A stretch of DNA of 64,000 nt from Dehalococcoidia bacterium (lineage in GTDB: Bacteria > Chloroflexota > Dehalococcoidia > Bin125). Positions 7,643 through 17,237 of the stretch are shown here, piece after piece. Where the stretch lies: NCBI GenBank assembly GCA_965211635.1, contig OZ242948.1:1460653-1524652 (forward strand). Reading direction: 5' to 3'. A model generated the notes under the pieces. It saw nothing but the letters and a program-made list of their open reading frames with translations, was not told the origin of the DNA and did not search any database. Made by a program: the position numbers and the translations under genes. Positions within the stretch are counted from its first letter, which is position 1; each line of letters starts with the position of its first letter.

Positions 7643-8598
7643 GGCTGCGGCCCGCCCAGCTTGCCGACCAGCGTCGCGACCATCGACATCATCGGCACTC
7701 CCACGCCTAATTCACTCGCCCGCTGCACCGGTTGGCGGAAGATGGCGTCGAGTTCGAGGGGGCGGCCCTCGTTGTAGTCGATGACAGTGCTGGGGCGGTA
7801 GGCGCCCATGCCGAGGGTCTGGGTGAGGAACTGGTGGGCGAGTCGGCCGCCGTCGATGCGGACGGCTTCGCCACGCGCGTCGAGGTCGGCGTTGCCGGCG
7901 GCCACGATCTCCATGATGATCTCGTAGGCCGCGTCGTAGAGCGGCGGCTCGGTGATCACCTGGTCGACGCCGACGCCACCGGCGATCACGCAGAGGCCGT
8001 TGAAGGGGATGTTCCAGCAGAGCTTCTCCCAGCGGGCTTTGAGCAGGCTCGATTCGGGCCGGATCTCGACCTTGCTGCCGGCGAACAGGTCGACCCCGCG
8101 TTGCAGCTCGTCGGGGTCGTCGCCGTGGTGTCCGAGGTTGATCGCGCCGAACTCCTGGTGCAGGATCTGGCCCGGCTCGCCGCGGATCACGCCGATGAAT
8201 CCGAGTCCGCCGAACAGCGACGTGCCTTCCGGCAGTTGCTCGGCGATCTCATCGTCAACCGTGAGGCCGTTCATGATCGCGAGGACGCGCGTGTCGTCGG
8301 AGAGCAGCGGTCCGACAAGCGTGGGGATGTCGGGGATCGCGGTCGCCTTGAGTCCGACCAGGACCCAGTCGACGGGTCCGTGCGCGGCCAGCGCCTCGGG
8401 TGTGCGCTCGACGGTCGGGGCGTCGAGAGACAGGTCGCCGAGGTGGCTGGTCAGGTGCAGTCCGTCGGCCTTGACGGCGTCGTAGTCGCGGCGCATGAGG
8501 AAGCGGACGTCGTGGCCGGCCTCGGCGAGCCGCATGCCGAAGTAGCAACCGATCGCGCCGGCTCCGATCACCGCGACCTGTTGGGGTTGTGGATGCAA
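7639..8598 (-). CDS. panE: 2-dehydropantoate 2-reductase (ApbA/PanE family)
   Basis: N-terminal VAVIGAGAIGCYFG Rossmann motif; family-typical K...N..N and C-terminal EGRPLELDAI...A...GV..P. Confidence 0.8.
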   Translation of the reverse strand: MHPQPQQVAVIGAGAIGCYFGMRLAEAGHDVRFLMRRDYDAVKADGLHLTSHLGDLSLDAPTVERTPEALAAHGPVDWVLVGLKATAIPDIPTLVGPLLSDDTRVLAIMNGLTVDDEIAEQLPEGTSLFGGLGFIGVIRGEPGQILHQEFGAINLGHHGDDPDELQRGVDLFAGSKVEIRPESSLLKARWEKLCWNIPFNGLCVIAGGVGVDQVITEPPLYDAAYEIIMEIVAAGNADLDARGEAVRIDGGRLAHQFLTQTLGMGAYRPSTVIDYNEGRPLELDAIFRQPVQRASELGVGVPMMSMVATLVGKLGGPQP

Positions 8599-8657
8599 AG
8601 GGCGCCCCTTTGTGAGTTCGTACTGCCTTAAGACCGTCCGAATCCTGCCCAGAGCAC

Positions 8658-8777
8658 CGTCATTGCCGCGCTTGCCGCGGCAATCTCGCTGTGTTGGGCA
8701 CTGATGTCCGCGCTAAACGCGGCGAGTGATCCCCGCCTTCGCGGGGACAGGCTCCGCGGCAAGCGCGGGTATGACGG
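8658..8777 (+). repeat. Family A dual-hairpin element, copy 3 (same variant and orientation as copy 1)
   Basis: CGTCATTGCCGCGCTTGCCGCGGCAATCTCGC...GCGGCGAGTGATCCCCGCCTTCGCGGGGACAGGCTCCGCGGCAAGCGCGGGTATGACGG. Confidence 0.8.
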
Positions 8778-8813
8778 AGTCATGTCTGTTGATTCGTTGC
8801 ACATGAACTGGCC

Positions 8814-10001
8814 TCAATCCCCAGCCGCCGATTGGGCCTGGAGCGGTTCAACAAGGCGGTCGATGCGGAAGAGGCCGAGGTTGTGCTCGGTCTTACGGTG
8901 CATGCTGAGGTCGGCGAGGGCCTCGCCGATGGCCGGGGCGAACTTGAAGCCGTGTCCCGAGCAGGGGCTGGCGACCACGATGTTGGGCCGCTTGGGGTGG
9001 ATGTCGATCAGGAAGTGGTGGTCGGGCGTGTGCGTGTAGAGACAGGTCTCGGCGCGCAGCAGCGTCCCGGAGACATCGGGGAAGGTGTTCGCGAGGAAGT
9101 CGCGCACGCGGCGCATATCAGTCTCGGTGATCTCGCGGCTGTAGTCCGACGGCTCGACCTCGTCCAGCGGCTGGTGCAGTCCCAGCTTGAAGCCCTTGCC
9201 GATGTTGGGAAAACCGTACCCGGTCTCGGTTTCGCTGCGTTGCCACATCCAGAAGGGGATCGCGCCGAACTCGAAGTGGTCGGGATTGTCGCGCGCCTCG
9301 AACCAATACATCACCTGGCGGGTGACGGTCAGCGGCAGGTTGAGCTTGCCCAGCAGTCCTGCGTTCCAGGCGCCGGAGGTGACGACCAAGCGCTCGGCAT
9401 CGTACGTGCCGCGCGCGGTCTGGATCCTGATTGGCGATTCAAGGTCGTCCATCTCGATCGGCAGCCAGCGGTCGACCGGCTCGTCGAAGTGCAGGTCCGC
9501 GCCGTGCGCGGCGGCCTGGTCGAGCTGACCGTTGAGCGCCGTGTCAATGTCCAACATCCCGGCGCGCTGTTCCAGCACGCCGACAAGGTCGTCGGTGACG
9601 TGGATGCCCGGGTAGCGGCGGCGCAGCTCGGCAGCGTCCATCTGCTCGACCGCGATGTCGTGCTCGCGGGCGCTTGCGACCACGCCCTGGACGAGGTCGT
9701 TGCCTTCCGGTCCCAGCGAGAGCGCGCCGGTCTGGGTGAAGATCGGTTGTCCGACGGCGTTGGACAGTTCGTCCCAGAGCTCGTAGGCGCGGCGGACGAA
9801 GGGCACATAGGAAGGCCCCTCGGTATAGGCCTCGCGGATGCCGCGGCTGTCGCCGTGGGTCGAGCCGAACAGGTGCGGCGGCCGGAATCGGTCGAAGCCG
9901 ATCACCCGCTGTCCGCGTCTGGCCAGGTGCCAGGCGGCGGCGGAGCCCATCGCTCCGAGCCCGACGACGGCTACGTCATATCGATTGTTCGAAGTGCTCA
10001 T
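8814..10001 (-). CDS. FAD-dependent N-methyl-L-tryptophan/sarcosine oxidase (MSOX/SolA family)
   Basis: YDVAVVGLGAMGSAAAW FAD motif; MSOX-like C-terminus H..C.YT.TPD..F; start ATG 10001 with AGGAGGA 5 nt upstream; ATGA overlap with the upstream gene. Confidence 0.8.
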   Translation of the reverse strand: MSTSNNRYDVAVVGLGAMGSAAAWHLARRGQRVIGFDRFRPPHLFGSTHGDSRGIREAYTEGPSYVPFVRRAYELWDELSNAVGQPIFTQTGALSLGPEGNDLVQGVVASAREHDIAVEQMDAAELRRRYPGIHVTDDLVGVLEQRAGMLDIDTALNGQLDQAAAHGADLHFDEPVDRWLPIEMDDLESPIRIQTARGTYDAERLVVTSGAWNAGLLGKLNLPLTVTRQVMYWFEARDNPDHFEFGAIPFWMWQRSETETGYGFPNIGKGFKLGLHQPLDEVEPSDYSREITETDMRRVRDFLANTFPDVSGTLLRAETCLYTHTPDHHFLIDIHPKRPNIVVASPCSGHGFKFAPAIGEALADLSMHRKTEHNLGLFRIDRLVEPLQAQSAAGD

Positions 10002-10453
10002 CCTGATCCTCCTGCGGCCGCGGAACCGGCCTGCGATTTCATCTCCGAGGCCACCTGCGACATCGAGTTGTGTTCCCAGTAGAGGACGTGTTCGACGTGT
10101 TCTCGGATTGACCACTCGTCGTTCGGCGCCTTGGCGTCGAGCAGGGCGTCGTCCATGTGCAGGAGCTGTCCGACCAGCTCGGCTCGCTGGAAGATCAGGT
10201 CGCGCGCGAGGTGGGAGAGCGGCGACTCCTGCATCTGCTTCGCCGTGTAGCGCGCGGTCGAGACGGCGCCGGCGTGCATGCGGTCGTGCTCGGCGTTGTG
10301 CACCAACAGGCGTCGGACGCCGCCGTTCATCGCGCAGCCGTGCTCGGTCGGGAACGAGAGGTCGTCGTCCGAGAGTCCGGAGAGCTGCTCGACCGTGTCG
10401 GTCAGTTGGCGCAGCAGCTTGAGCGTGAGTTCGGTGGATTCATTGGTAGGCAT
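9998..10453 (-). CDS. DinB/YfiT-like four-helix-bundle protein
   Basis: 151 aa with spaced His residues (H..H...H..H) typical of the DinB_2 fold; translationally coupled to the oxidase gene. Confidence 0.5.
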   Translation of the reverse strand: MPTNESTELTLKLLRQLTDTVEQLSGLSDDDLSFPTEHGCAMNGGVRRLLVHNAEHDRMHAGAVSTARYTAKQMQESPLSHLARDLIFQRAELVGQLLHMDDALLDAKAPNDEWSIREHVEHVLYWEHNSMSQVASEMKSQAGSAAAGGSG

Positions 10454-10504
10454 GAGCCCCCTCCGCCCCTTCGGGGCACCTCCCCCAGAGGGGGAGGTCT
10501 TCGT

Positions 10505-11542
10505 TCAGTCGTTTCCTTTTGCGAGGAACTTCAACAGCGTCTGGTTGGTGAAATCGGGCGCTTCCTCGGGGAAGAAGTGGCCGGCGCCGGGGACGCCGAC
10601 GGCGGTGAGGTCGGGGAAGTACATCGAGAACTGGTCGAAGAACGGGTTACCCGAGGGCGCCTCGGCGCCGGACCCGCTGTCGGGCGCGAGGCGGGCGTTT
10701 CCGTACATCCAGAGTGCGGGCTTGTCGAAGCGCTTGTGCCGATCCTCCGGTCCGTACTCCATGAACTCGCGGCCCCAGGGGTGGTCGTTCAGCCCGCGGC
10801 GCCAGACCTCGCCGACCAGCGACGATGTCAGCCGCTCGCAGCGGTAGCCTCCGTCGACGTTCGCATCCGGACGCATGCGGTGGAAGGGCAGTGCGTGGCG
10901 GTAGTAGGAGATGGCGGCGGCGTGCGACTCGGGATCGGAGAAGGCCTGCTTGTAGACCTCGACGTCGACGTCGGTGGCCCAGCGATTTTGCGTCAGCCGC
11001 CGACCGGACACGTTCCAGGGCGAGGCGGGCCAGCCGGGCAGCTCGGGGTCGGACTGTCCGGTGAAGATGGTCTCGATGAACTGCTGGTGGTACTCGGCGA
11101 AGAAGTGCTCGGGCAGCGGGCGCGCCTTGAACCAGAAGCCGTGGATTGCCGCCGGCGTCCAGACCGTGCAGAGCGTGTCCATCAGCGCCGTCCGCGAGAC
11201 CCGATCCTGGTAGTCGATCACCACCTTGAAGCCGATGATTCCGCCCCAGTCGTGCCCGACCACTGCCGCCTGTTCCACGTCGAAGTGGTCGAGCACGCCG
11301 ACCATGTCGGCTGCCAGCGTCGCCCTCGAGACCGGCCCCGGCGGCTTGTCGGAGTCGCCGAAGCCACGCGTGTCAGGGACGATCACGCGGTAGCCGGCGT
11401 CTACCAGGACCGGCACCTGGTAGCGCCACTCGTACGAGGTCTCTGGAAAGCCGTGGATCAACAGGACGGGCGGTCCGTCGGAGGGTCCGTCCGTGGTGAC
11501 GTGGATCCGTATCCCGTTGGCATCGATGCGCTGGGTCTCCAT
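10505..11542 (-). CDS. Alpha/beta hydrolase (epoxide hydrolase-like)
   Basis: LLIHGFPETSYEWRYQ ... GHDWGG nucleophile elbow. Confidence 0.75.
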   Translation of the reverse strand: METQRIDANGIRIHVTTDGPSDGPPVLLIHGFPETSYEWRYQVPVLVDAGYRVIVPDTRGFGDSDKPPGPVSRATLAADMVGVLDHFDVEQAAVVGHDWGGIIGFKVVIDYQDRVSRTALMDTLCTVWTPAAIHGFWFKARPLPEHFFAEYHQQFIETIFTGQSDPELPGWPASPWNVSGRRLTQNRWATDVDVEVYKQAFSDPESHAAAISYYRHALPFHRMRPDANVDGGYRCERLTSSLVGEVWRRGLNDHPWGREFMEYGPEDRHKRFDKPALWMYGNARLAPDSGSGAEAPSGNPFFDQFSMYFPDLTAVGVPGAGHFFPEEAPDFTNQTLLKFLAKGND

Positions 11543-11604
11543 GGGCGGCTCCGATCGCTACATCGCGCAGGCTAGCGCGGGAGGGCGTCGACTACACTGA
11601 CCCC

Positions 11605-11964
11605 ATGGCAACCGAGCAAGTCGTTCACTACCGAGGCATCAGCGCCGAGCACCTGGACCACGCCCAAGGGTTCCTGGCCGAGGGCGATCTCAAGCAAGCC
11701 TCCGAGAAGGCCTGGGGTGCAGCAGCATTGCTGGTCAAAGCGGCTGCGGAAGAGCGGGGGTGGCGACACGAGGGGCACCGTGACTTATGGCGCGCCCTGC
11801 ATCGGCTCGCCGACGAAACCGAGGACGAGGAGATGCGCCGGCAGTTCGGTCTGGCCGGTGCGTTGCACACCAACTACTACGAAGACTGGCTCGACACGAA
11901 GGCAGTGGAACAGTATCTCGGCGAGGTTAGGCAACTGACTGGCAAACTCAGCGTGCTGGCCTAG
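11605..11964 (+). CDS. HEPN-like small protein (PaREP1-family resemblance)
   Basis: GDLKQASEKAWGAAALLVKAAAEERGW.HEGH (R-x6-H) pattern; 119 aa. Confidence 0.4.
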   Translation: MATEQVVHYRGISAEHLDHAQGFLAEGDLKQASEKAWGAAALLVKAAAEERGWRHEGHRDLWRALHRLADETEDEEMRRQFGLAGALHTNYYEDWLDTKAVEQYLGEVRQLTGKLSVLA

Positions 11965-12114
11965 CTGTTGCGTTGTCTTAGCGTCACCCGTTCCCGCTCC
12001 GTCACTGCATGGCCCCCGCCCGGAAATCTTGCATGGTCGGACAGTGCTACACAGGGGGCGAGATTCCAGGCAGAGCCTGGAATGACGAAGACGTTGGAGC
12101 TCAGCACCCCGCTA

Positions 12115-12330
12115 CTACTCGCGTGGCACGCGGAACTGGTTGAGGTAATCTGCCAGCTCCCTCTGCGTCTCCTCCGACAGTTCCAGAGGCTCGTAGGCGA
12201 ATGTCTCCAGCAAGACCTCTGTGAGTGAGCGCTTATCCGTCTCCGGTATCGGCTTGATCGGCACGTACCAACTGGGCCGCTCGCGCGGCTCAGTTCCGTC
12301 TGCGCCGTTGGTCGTTGGGTTGTCCGCCAT
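12115..12330 (-). CDS. Hypothetical small acidic protein (71 aa)
   Basis: GGAGATTGAG-ATG ribosome-binding site; non-repetitive composition; no recognisable domain. Confidence 0.4.
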   Translation of the reverse strand: MADNPTTNGADGTEPRERPSWYVPIKPIPETDKRSLTEVLLETFAYEPLELSEETQRELADYLNQFRVPRE

Positions 12331-12402
12331 CTCAATCTCCTATCACCAGCCTAACTCGGCTGAGCAGCTGCTGAGGCTGGGGAGATTCCGATCAGATGCG
12401 CT

Positions 12403-13380
12403 CTAGTCAAATGCCGGCAGGACCTCGTTGACGACGCGGTCGTACGCAGCTTGCTGGTCGTAGCCGACGAGGCGGAGGGTGATCGTGGTGGCTCCGGCGT
12501 CGATGTAGGACTGGATGCTGGCGATGCACTGCTCCGGCGTGCCCATCGCGACCCAGAGGCCGAGCATCTCGTCGGAGTACTCGGTGTTGTAGTAGGCCTC
12601 GAGGTAACGTCGCGATTCGGCCAACGCGGCGTCGCGGTCGTCGTTGACGTTGATGTTGTAGTAGATGCAAACCTCGAAGTCGTCCGGCAGCTCGCGGCCT
12701 TCCTCATCCGCGTAGCGGCGGATGTCGGCCATGTACTCCTCCACGATCGCGGGCGGCTGGAAGGTGGTCATCCAGCCGTCGCCGAGGCGCGCAGTGCGGC
12801 GCAGACCGGCCTCGCGGTTGCGTTTGAGGTCGGGGCGGGGATTGGACGTGACCCAGATCGGGATCGGCCGCTGGACCGAACGCGGCTCGATCGTGACGTT
12901 GTCGAAGTCGTTGTACTCGCCGTGGTAGGAGACGTTCTCCTCGGAGGTCAGCAGGCGCATGACCTCGATCGCCTCCTCCATGCGCTTCATGCGCGACTCG
13001 GGCGCGACGCAGAAGGCGTCGAACTCGTGCAGCATGTCGCCGCCGCCGGGCGCGGCCTGGCCCATGCAGGCGGCGAAGATGGCGCGGCCGTTGGACATGA
13101 AGTCGAGCGAGGCGTACTGGTATGCGAGCAGCAGGGCGTCGCGCAGCGGGGTCGAGGCGAAGCAGGCGGGGCCAATGCGCACGCGGTCGGTGACGACGGC
13201 CAGCGCCGACATGAGGTTGAGGGCGTCGAGGCGCGGCTTGGCCAGGATCGAGTCGCCGACCCAGACCGAGTCCCAGTGCTCGTCGGCGTCGGCGCGCTGC
13301 GCCAGGGCAATCATGTCGTCAAGAGTGGAGGCGCCGGTGACGACGCCGCGGTTGGAGAGTGTGAGTCCGAAGTTGACCAT
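12403..13380 (-). CDS. LLM-class flavin/F420-dependent oxidoreductase
   Basis: MVNFGLTL...VWVGD luciferase-like monooxygenase N-terminus; tandem paralog of 13434-14393. Confidence 0.85.
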   Translation of the reverse strand: MVNFGLTLSNRGVVTGASTLDDMIALAQRADADEHWDSVWVGDSILAKPRLDALNLMSALAVVTDRVRIGPACFASTPLRDALLLAYQYASLDFMSNGRAIFAACMGQAAPGGGDMLHEFDAFCVAPESRMKRMEEAIEVMRLLTSEENVSYHGEYNDFDNVTIEPRSVQRPIPIWVTSNPRPDLKRNREAGLRRTARLGDGWMTTFQPPAIVEEYMADIRRYADEEGRELPDDFEVCIYYNINVNDDRDAALAESRRYLEAYYNTEYSDEMLGLWVAMGTPEQCIASIQSYIDAGATTITLRLVGYDQQAAYDRVVNEVLPAFD

Positions 13381-13433
13381 GGGAGTGCTCCGTTCGTGCG
13401 AGGCAGTCTAGGGCTCGGACGGTGAGAGCACAC

Positions 13434-14393
13434 TCAGACGAACGCGGGCAGTACTTCTTCGGAGATGCGCCGATACTGTGTCGTCTGATCAGCGCTGCAG
13501 ATGCGCAGCAGAACCGAAGTGGCTCCGGCGTCGATGTAGCGCTGGATGTCCTCGACGGCCTGCTCGGGCGGGCCGTATGAGCACCAGCGGCGGACCATGG
13601 CTTCGGAGTGATCGAGGAAGTAGTAGTCGTCGAGGAAGCGCTTGGCCTCCGCGTAGGCGGCGTCACGGTCGTCGTCGATCATCACCGAGTGGAAGGCGAC
13701 CACGTCGAAGTCGTCGGGCAGCTCGCGGCCGGCCTCGGCGGCGTAGCGACGGATGTCGGCCAGGTACTCGCCCAGCAACTCCGGAGTCAGGGTCGTCGAC
13801 ATCCAGCCGTCGCCCAGTCGGGCGACGCGGCTGAGGCCGCGCTCGCGATTGCGTGCGTCGTTCGGATTGGGATTGGAGACGATCAGGATCGGGATTGGCC
13901 GCTGGATCGAGTGCGGTTCGATGGTCAGATTGTCGAAGTCGTTGTACTTGCCGTGGTAGGACGCGTCGTCCTCCGAGGTCAGCAGTCGAATGATCTCGAT
14001 CGCCTCTTCCATCCGGCCGGATCGGGTGATGGGAGGGACGCAGAAGTGGTCGAACTCCGACGCGTCGGCGGCGCCCATGCAGGCGGCGAAGGTCAGGCGA
14101 CCGTTGGAGATCACGTCGATGGCGGCAAGCTGATAGGCGAGCAGGATCGCCGGGCGGACCGGCGTCGTGGCGAAGCATCCAGGCCCGATCCGAACCCGCT
14201 CAGTCCGAGCCGCGAGCGCGCTCATCAGCGACAGAGCGTCCAACCGAGGCTTCGCCGTGATCGAGTCGCCAACCCAGACCGAGGTCCAGCGCTCGTCCTC
14301 GTCGACGAGCCGGGTCAGGTTGTACATCTCCTCCAGCGAGGAATCGCCGGTAACAACGCCGCGGTTGGTTAGGGTCAGCCCAAAGTTGGTCAC
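13434..14393 (-). CDS. LLM-class flavin/F420-dependent oxidoreductase (tandem paralog)
   Basis: MTNFGLTLTNRGVV...; about 55% identical to the downstream copy. Confidence 0.85.
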   Translation of the reverse strand: MTNFGLTLTNRGVVTGDSSLEEMYNLTRLVDEDERWTSVWVGDSITAKPRLDALSLMSALAARTERVRIGPGCFATTPVRPAILLAYQLAAIDVISNGRLTFAACMGAADASEFDHFCVPPITRSGRMEEAIEIIRLLTSEDDASYHGKYNDFDNLTIEPHSIQRPIPILIVSNPNPNDARNRERGLSRVARLGDGWMSTTLTPELLGEYLADIRRYAAEAGRELPDDFDVVAFHSVMIDDDRDAAYAEAKRFLDDYYFLDHSEAMVRRWCSYGPPEQAVEDIQRYIDAGATSVLLRICSADQTTQYRRISEEVLPAFV

Positions 14394-14450
14394 AGCATGC
14401 TCCGATCGTGCGAGCGCAGGTTACCGCCAGACCGGCGCTTGCTCGGCCGG

Positions 14451-17198
14451 TTAGTGCCCGGAAGGGATATTGGCGTCAAATCCCCAGGGCCTGGTGTCTC
14501 TTCCATCTTTGAGCGGTGGACTGATGAGCTCCACGCTTAGGTCGATCCCTTCTGGAATCCGAAAGTAGCGGACAGCCTCCATCGGCTCACCGCTCGGGTC
14601 ATAGCGCTTCCACCAGGAGCGGCCGTTGGAACGTAGCCCAACAACGTAGGCCCAGGCCTCCGATTGACGCTCCCACGTGGCAGTGACGGTCTGCTGCTTA
14701 CGCTCGATCGAGAGTTGTTGTGGTGGTCCGAGAGTAGTTACAGTCTGAGTCTTCGTCCAACGCAGGCGTTCGAGACTTCGATGCTGGGAGGATGGCTCGA
14801 ATCGAGCAAGTTGGTACTCATAAGACGTGACGGGCTTGAGCCCGTCCCACGTTCCACGACAGCGGAAATCTCCGTCCCGAGTTTGGCGTAGCTCCGTCGC
14901 GTAGTTCCAGTCGGCTGCGCCCAGCTCGCGCCAGCGAAGCGCCGTTGTGAAAGGCCAGTAGCGGCAGCTCCAACTCAACAGGACAACATGCCGATGGACG
15001 CTGCGCGCTGTGAGAGAGACACCGAAGGGGTCTTCTTCGGGGTCGGAAGCACCGTCCCACAACGTCGAAGGCCTGAACCAACCGACATGGGTATCACCAT
15101 TCGCGTCCATAACCGACACGTGCATATCGGCGGCAGTTCCGGGCGCATTGGTTCGGCAAGTGACGACGCTATGTCCGGAGCGCTCTTCTGTCTGGAAGCC
15201 CAACTGATCGCCCAGCGACACAGTGAACGGAGGCGCGCCGCCTCGGACGCCCCATAGGACCATGATGGGCGCTTGCTGAGCTGGAGGGCACGGGGAGAAC
15301 TCGGCTGTCACCCTGAGTTCAAGCGGGCTCCGCGCGTACCAACCATACCCGCCGCCACTGACTTCTCCATAGTTCACCGCGATCGCATCGACGGCCACCC
15401 AGTAGCTCTCGTCGTCCGGGTGAATGGGAATCGTTGCGCTGGTCACTTGCCCAACATCGACTACTTCGGCTTCTTCGTAGTTTCGGCGAACGTGGAGCCG
15501 ATACTCGAGAGCGACCTCGCTGTGCTCAGGTGGATCCCAGTGAATCTGCAGGGAGCCGGCTTGCTCCCAGATTCGAACGTTGCCCGGCGGGGTGACGACT
15601 GTGGGAATCCTTGCGGGGACTGACCACGGGGTCCACGCACCGTCTTGGAGCAGGCGTACTCGAAGAGACTGAGGAGCGGCGCCTGCATCCAGTTGAATCG
15701 TGAAGTCGCTGTCGCGGGATTCGCGGATGAAGGTGCGACCACGGGCCTGCCATGACAGCTCGGCCAACTCGGCGTCATTGGATTCCAAGTCGAATCTCCA
15801 AATGCCGGCGTAGATCCCGTAGTGACCGCCCGAGGTATCCACCCAGTGCAAGTCTACGAATGCAGGCGCCGCAGGCGGATCACCGGCGGTGAGCAGGTTT
15901 GGCTCATAGGTCGGCACGTGCATCTCTACCAGGCTGGTTCTCGGCGGCGCCGCGAGGGTGGACACTCGAATCTCAAGCGTGCCGCCCGGATGGTGCCAGG
16001 GCATCTGTAGCTGCGCGCGACTTTGACCCGCACTCACCTTCTCGCAGGACTGCTGCCACTGGAGCTCGAGCGAACGGGCGCAGACCCGAGTCTCGAAGCG
16101 AGATCCTACGGGAGGAGGTGTCCAGTTCACCTCCAGTTGCCTGTCTTCGACGGTCGCCTGTATGTCGGTCGGCGCCAAGATCAATGAAGACCATCCTTCA
16201 GGCGCCGGCTCTGTCCGTAACTCGAATCGATTGTGTTCCAAGGCGTATCCCCACTGATGACCTTGATCCAGATACACCCGTACGTGATAGAGGGTGTCGG
16301 GCAGGAGATCCTCAAAGCGCGCTTCAACGATCGGCTCGCCGCGAACTCCAAGCTCCAGCTCCGATCGATAGGGATATCCGGGCTGGACCGCGTAAAGCTC
16401 AGCAATGTAGCGTTGTCCGGATGTGTGCGGACCCCAGGTCAGCGTAATCGTGTCGTGTGTTGCTTCGGCCTGTAGTTCCCAGGGATGGTCAAGGATGGTC
16501 ACTGAAGTGGTCGGCGACCAGTTCAGCACCAATGGCGTCCGCAGGTCAAAGAGATGGCGAAGTTGGGCGGCCTGCAACTCGAGCCGCTCACCTCGATGTG
16601 TGAGCGCGGTTGTCCAGCGGGCGCTATCCGAGTCGTCGTTGGACCGTAGTCGGCGAAGGTGTTCGAGCGTCCACTCGGTGCTGCCCCTGACCCTCCAACG
16701 CAGTGCTATGTCGTCGGGACGCTGTCCCTCCGAAATCCCTGCAGTCCACCACCTTGCCCACAGGTACGCAGTGGAGGGCCCATATCCCTGATTAGAGACT
16801 TGAAGACGTACGGGAGCTGGCAGTCCCGGCACGAGCCGATGCTCCGAGGCGGCATAGGCGCGATTCCCCACCGAGTCGGTGACGCTGACGATTATCCTCT
16901 GGATGTCTTCGTTGCCGGGCGGTCCCGGACGGGTCCATCCTGCAGATGTTCGGCAAGGGATGTAGTGCGGGTCCGATGACTGCTCGACTGCCCGACCGTC
17001 GACGGTGAGCTGGTAGGGCGGTTGGCCTCCCTGGATGTCGTAGTCGAGCGTGGTGACGGAGCCGAGCGTGCAGGTCTCGCGGGTGGGCTGGACCGCAAGA
17101 CTCAAGGGTTCGGAGTCGTCAAGGCCGGCGACTGCGCCGCCGAGCAGTATCCACCAGGCAATCAGCGGCACAAAGGCTGCGGGCCAGCGACGTCGCAT
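14451..17198 (-). CDS. Large secreted/membrane-anchored protein with repeated beta-sandwich (FN3/Ig-like) modules
   Basis: N-terminal RRRW-hydrophobic anchor; 915 aa; repeated W..P..SG..Y.... blocks; no catalytic motif recognised. Confidence 0.55.
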   Translation of the reverse strand: MRRRWPAAFVPLIAWWILLGGAVAGLDDSEPLSLAVQPTRETCTLGSVTTLDYDIQGGQPPYQLTVDGRAVEQSSDPHYIPCRTSAGWTRPGPPGNEDIQRIIVSVTDSVGNRAYAASEHRLVPGLPAPVRLQVSNQGYGPSTAYLWARWWTAGISEGQRPDDIALRWRVRGSTEWTLEHLRRLRSNDDSDSARWTTALTHRGERLELQAAQLRHLFDLRTPLVLNWSPTTSVTILDHPWELQAEATHDTITLTWGPHTSGQRYIAELYAVQPGYPYRSELELGVRGEPIVEARFEDLLPDTLYHVRVYLDQGHQWGYALEHNRFELRTEPAPEGWSSLILAPTDIQATVEDRQLEVNWTPPPVGSRFETRVCARSLELQWQQSCEKVSAGQSRAQLQMPWHHPGGTLEIRVSTLAAPPRTSLVEMHVPTYEPNLLTAGDPPAAPAFVDLHWVDTSGGHYGIYAGIWRFDLESNDAELAELSWQARGRTFIRESRDSDFTIQLDAGAAPQSLRVRLLQDGAWTPWSVPARIPTVVTPPGNVRIWEQAGSLQIHWDPPEHSEVALEYRLHVRRNYEEAEVVDVGQVTSATIPIHPDDESYWVAVDAIAVNYGEVSGGGYGWYARSPLELRVTAEFSPCPPAQQAPIMVLWGVRGGAPPFTVSLGDQLGFQTEERSGHSVVTCRTNAPGTAADMHVSVMDANGDTHVGWFRPSTLWDGASDPEEDPFGVSLTARSVHRHVVLLSWSCRYWPFTTALRWRELGAADWNYATELRQTRDGDFRCRGTWDGLKPVTSYEYQLARFEPSSQHRSLERLRWTKTQTVTTLGPPQQLSIERKQQTVTATWERQSEAWAYVVGLRSNGRSWWKRYDPSGEPMEAVRYFRIPEGIDLSVELISPPLKDGRDTRPWGFDANIPSGH

Positions 17199-17237
17199 AC
17201 ATTCAGGACGCTCGCGGAGCCGACGAGGTTCCCTCGC

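Noticed and set aside
2468-8777. Integron-like attC sites or a gene-cassette array
   Set aside because: Family A arms lack the GTTRRRY/RYYYAAC core of attC sites and there is no intI gene. The elements look REP/MITE-like instead.
8704-10082. Plus-strand ORFs 8704-9039 and 8832-10082 (416 aa)
   Set aside because: They are antisense shadow ORFs of the well-supported sarcosine-oxidase-family gene. The 416-aa frame has Gly/Ala/Arg/Val-rich composition with no motifs.
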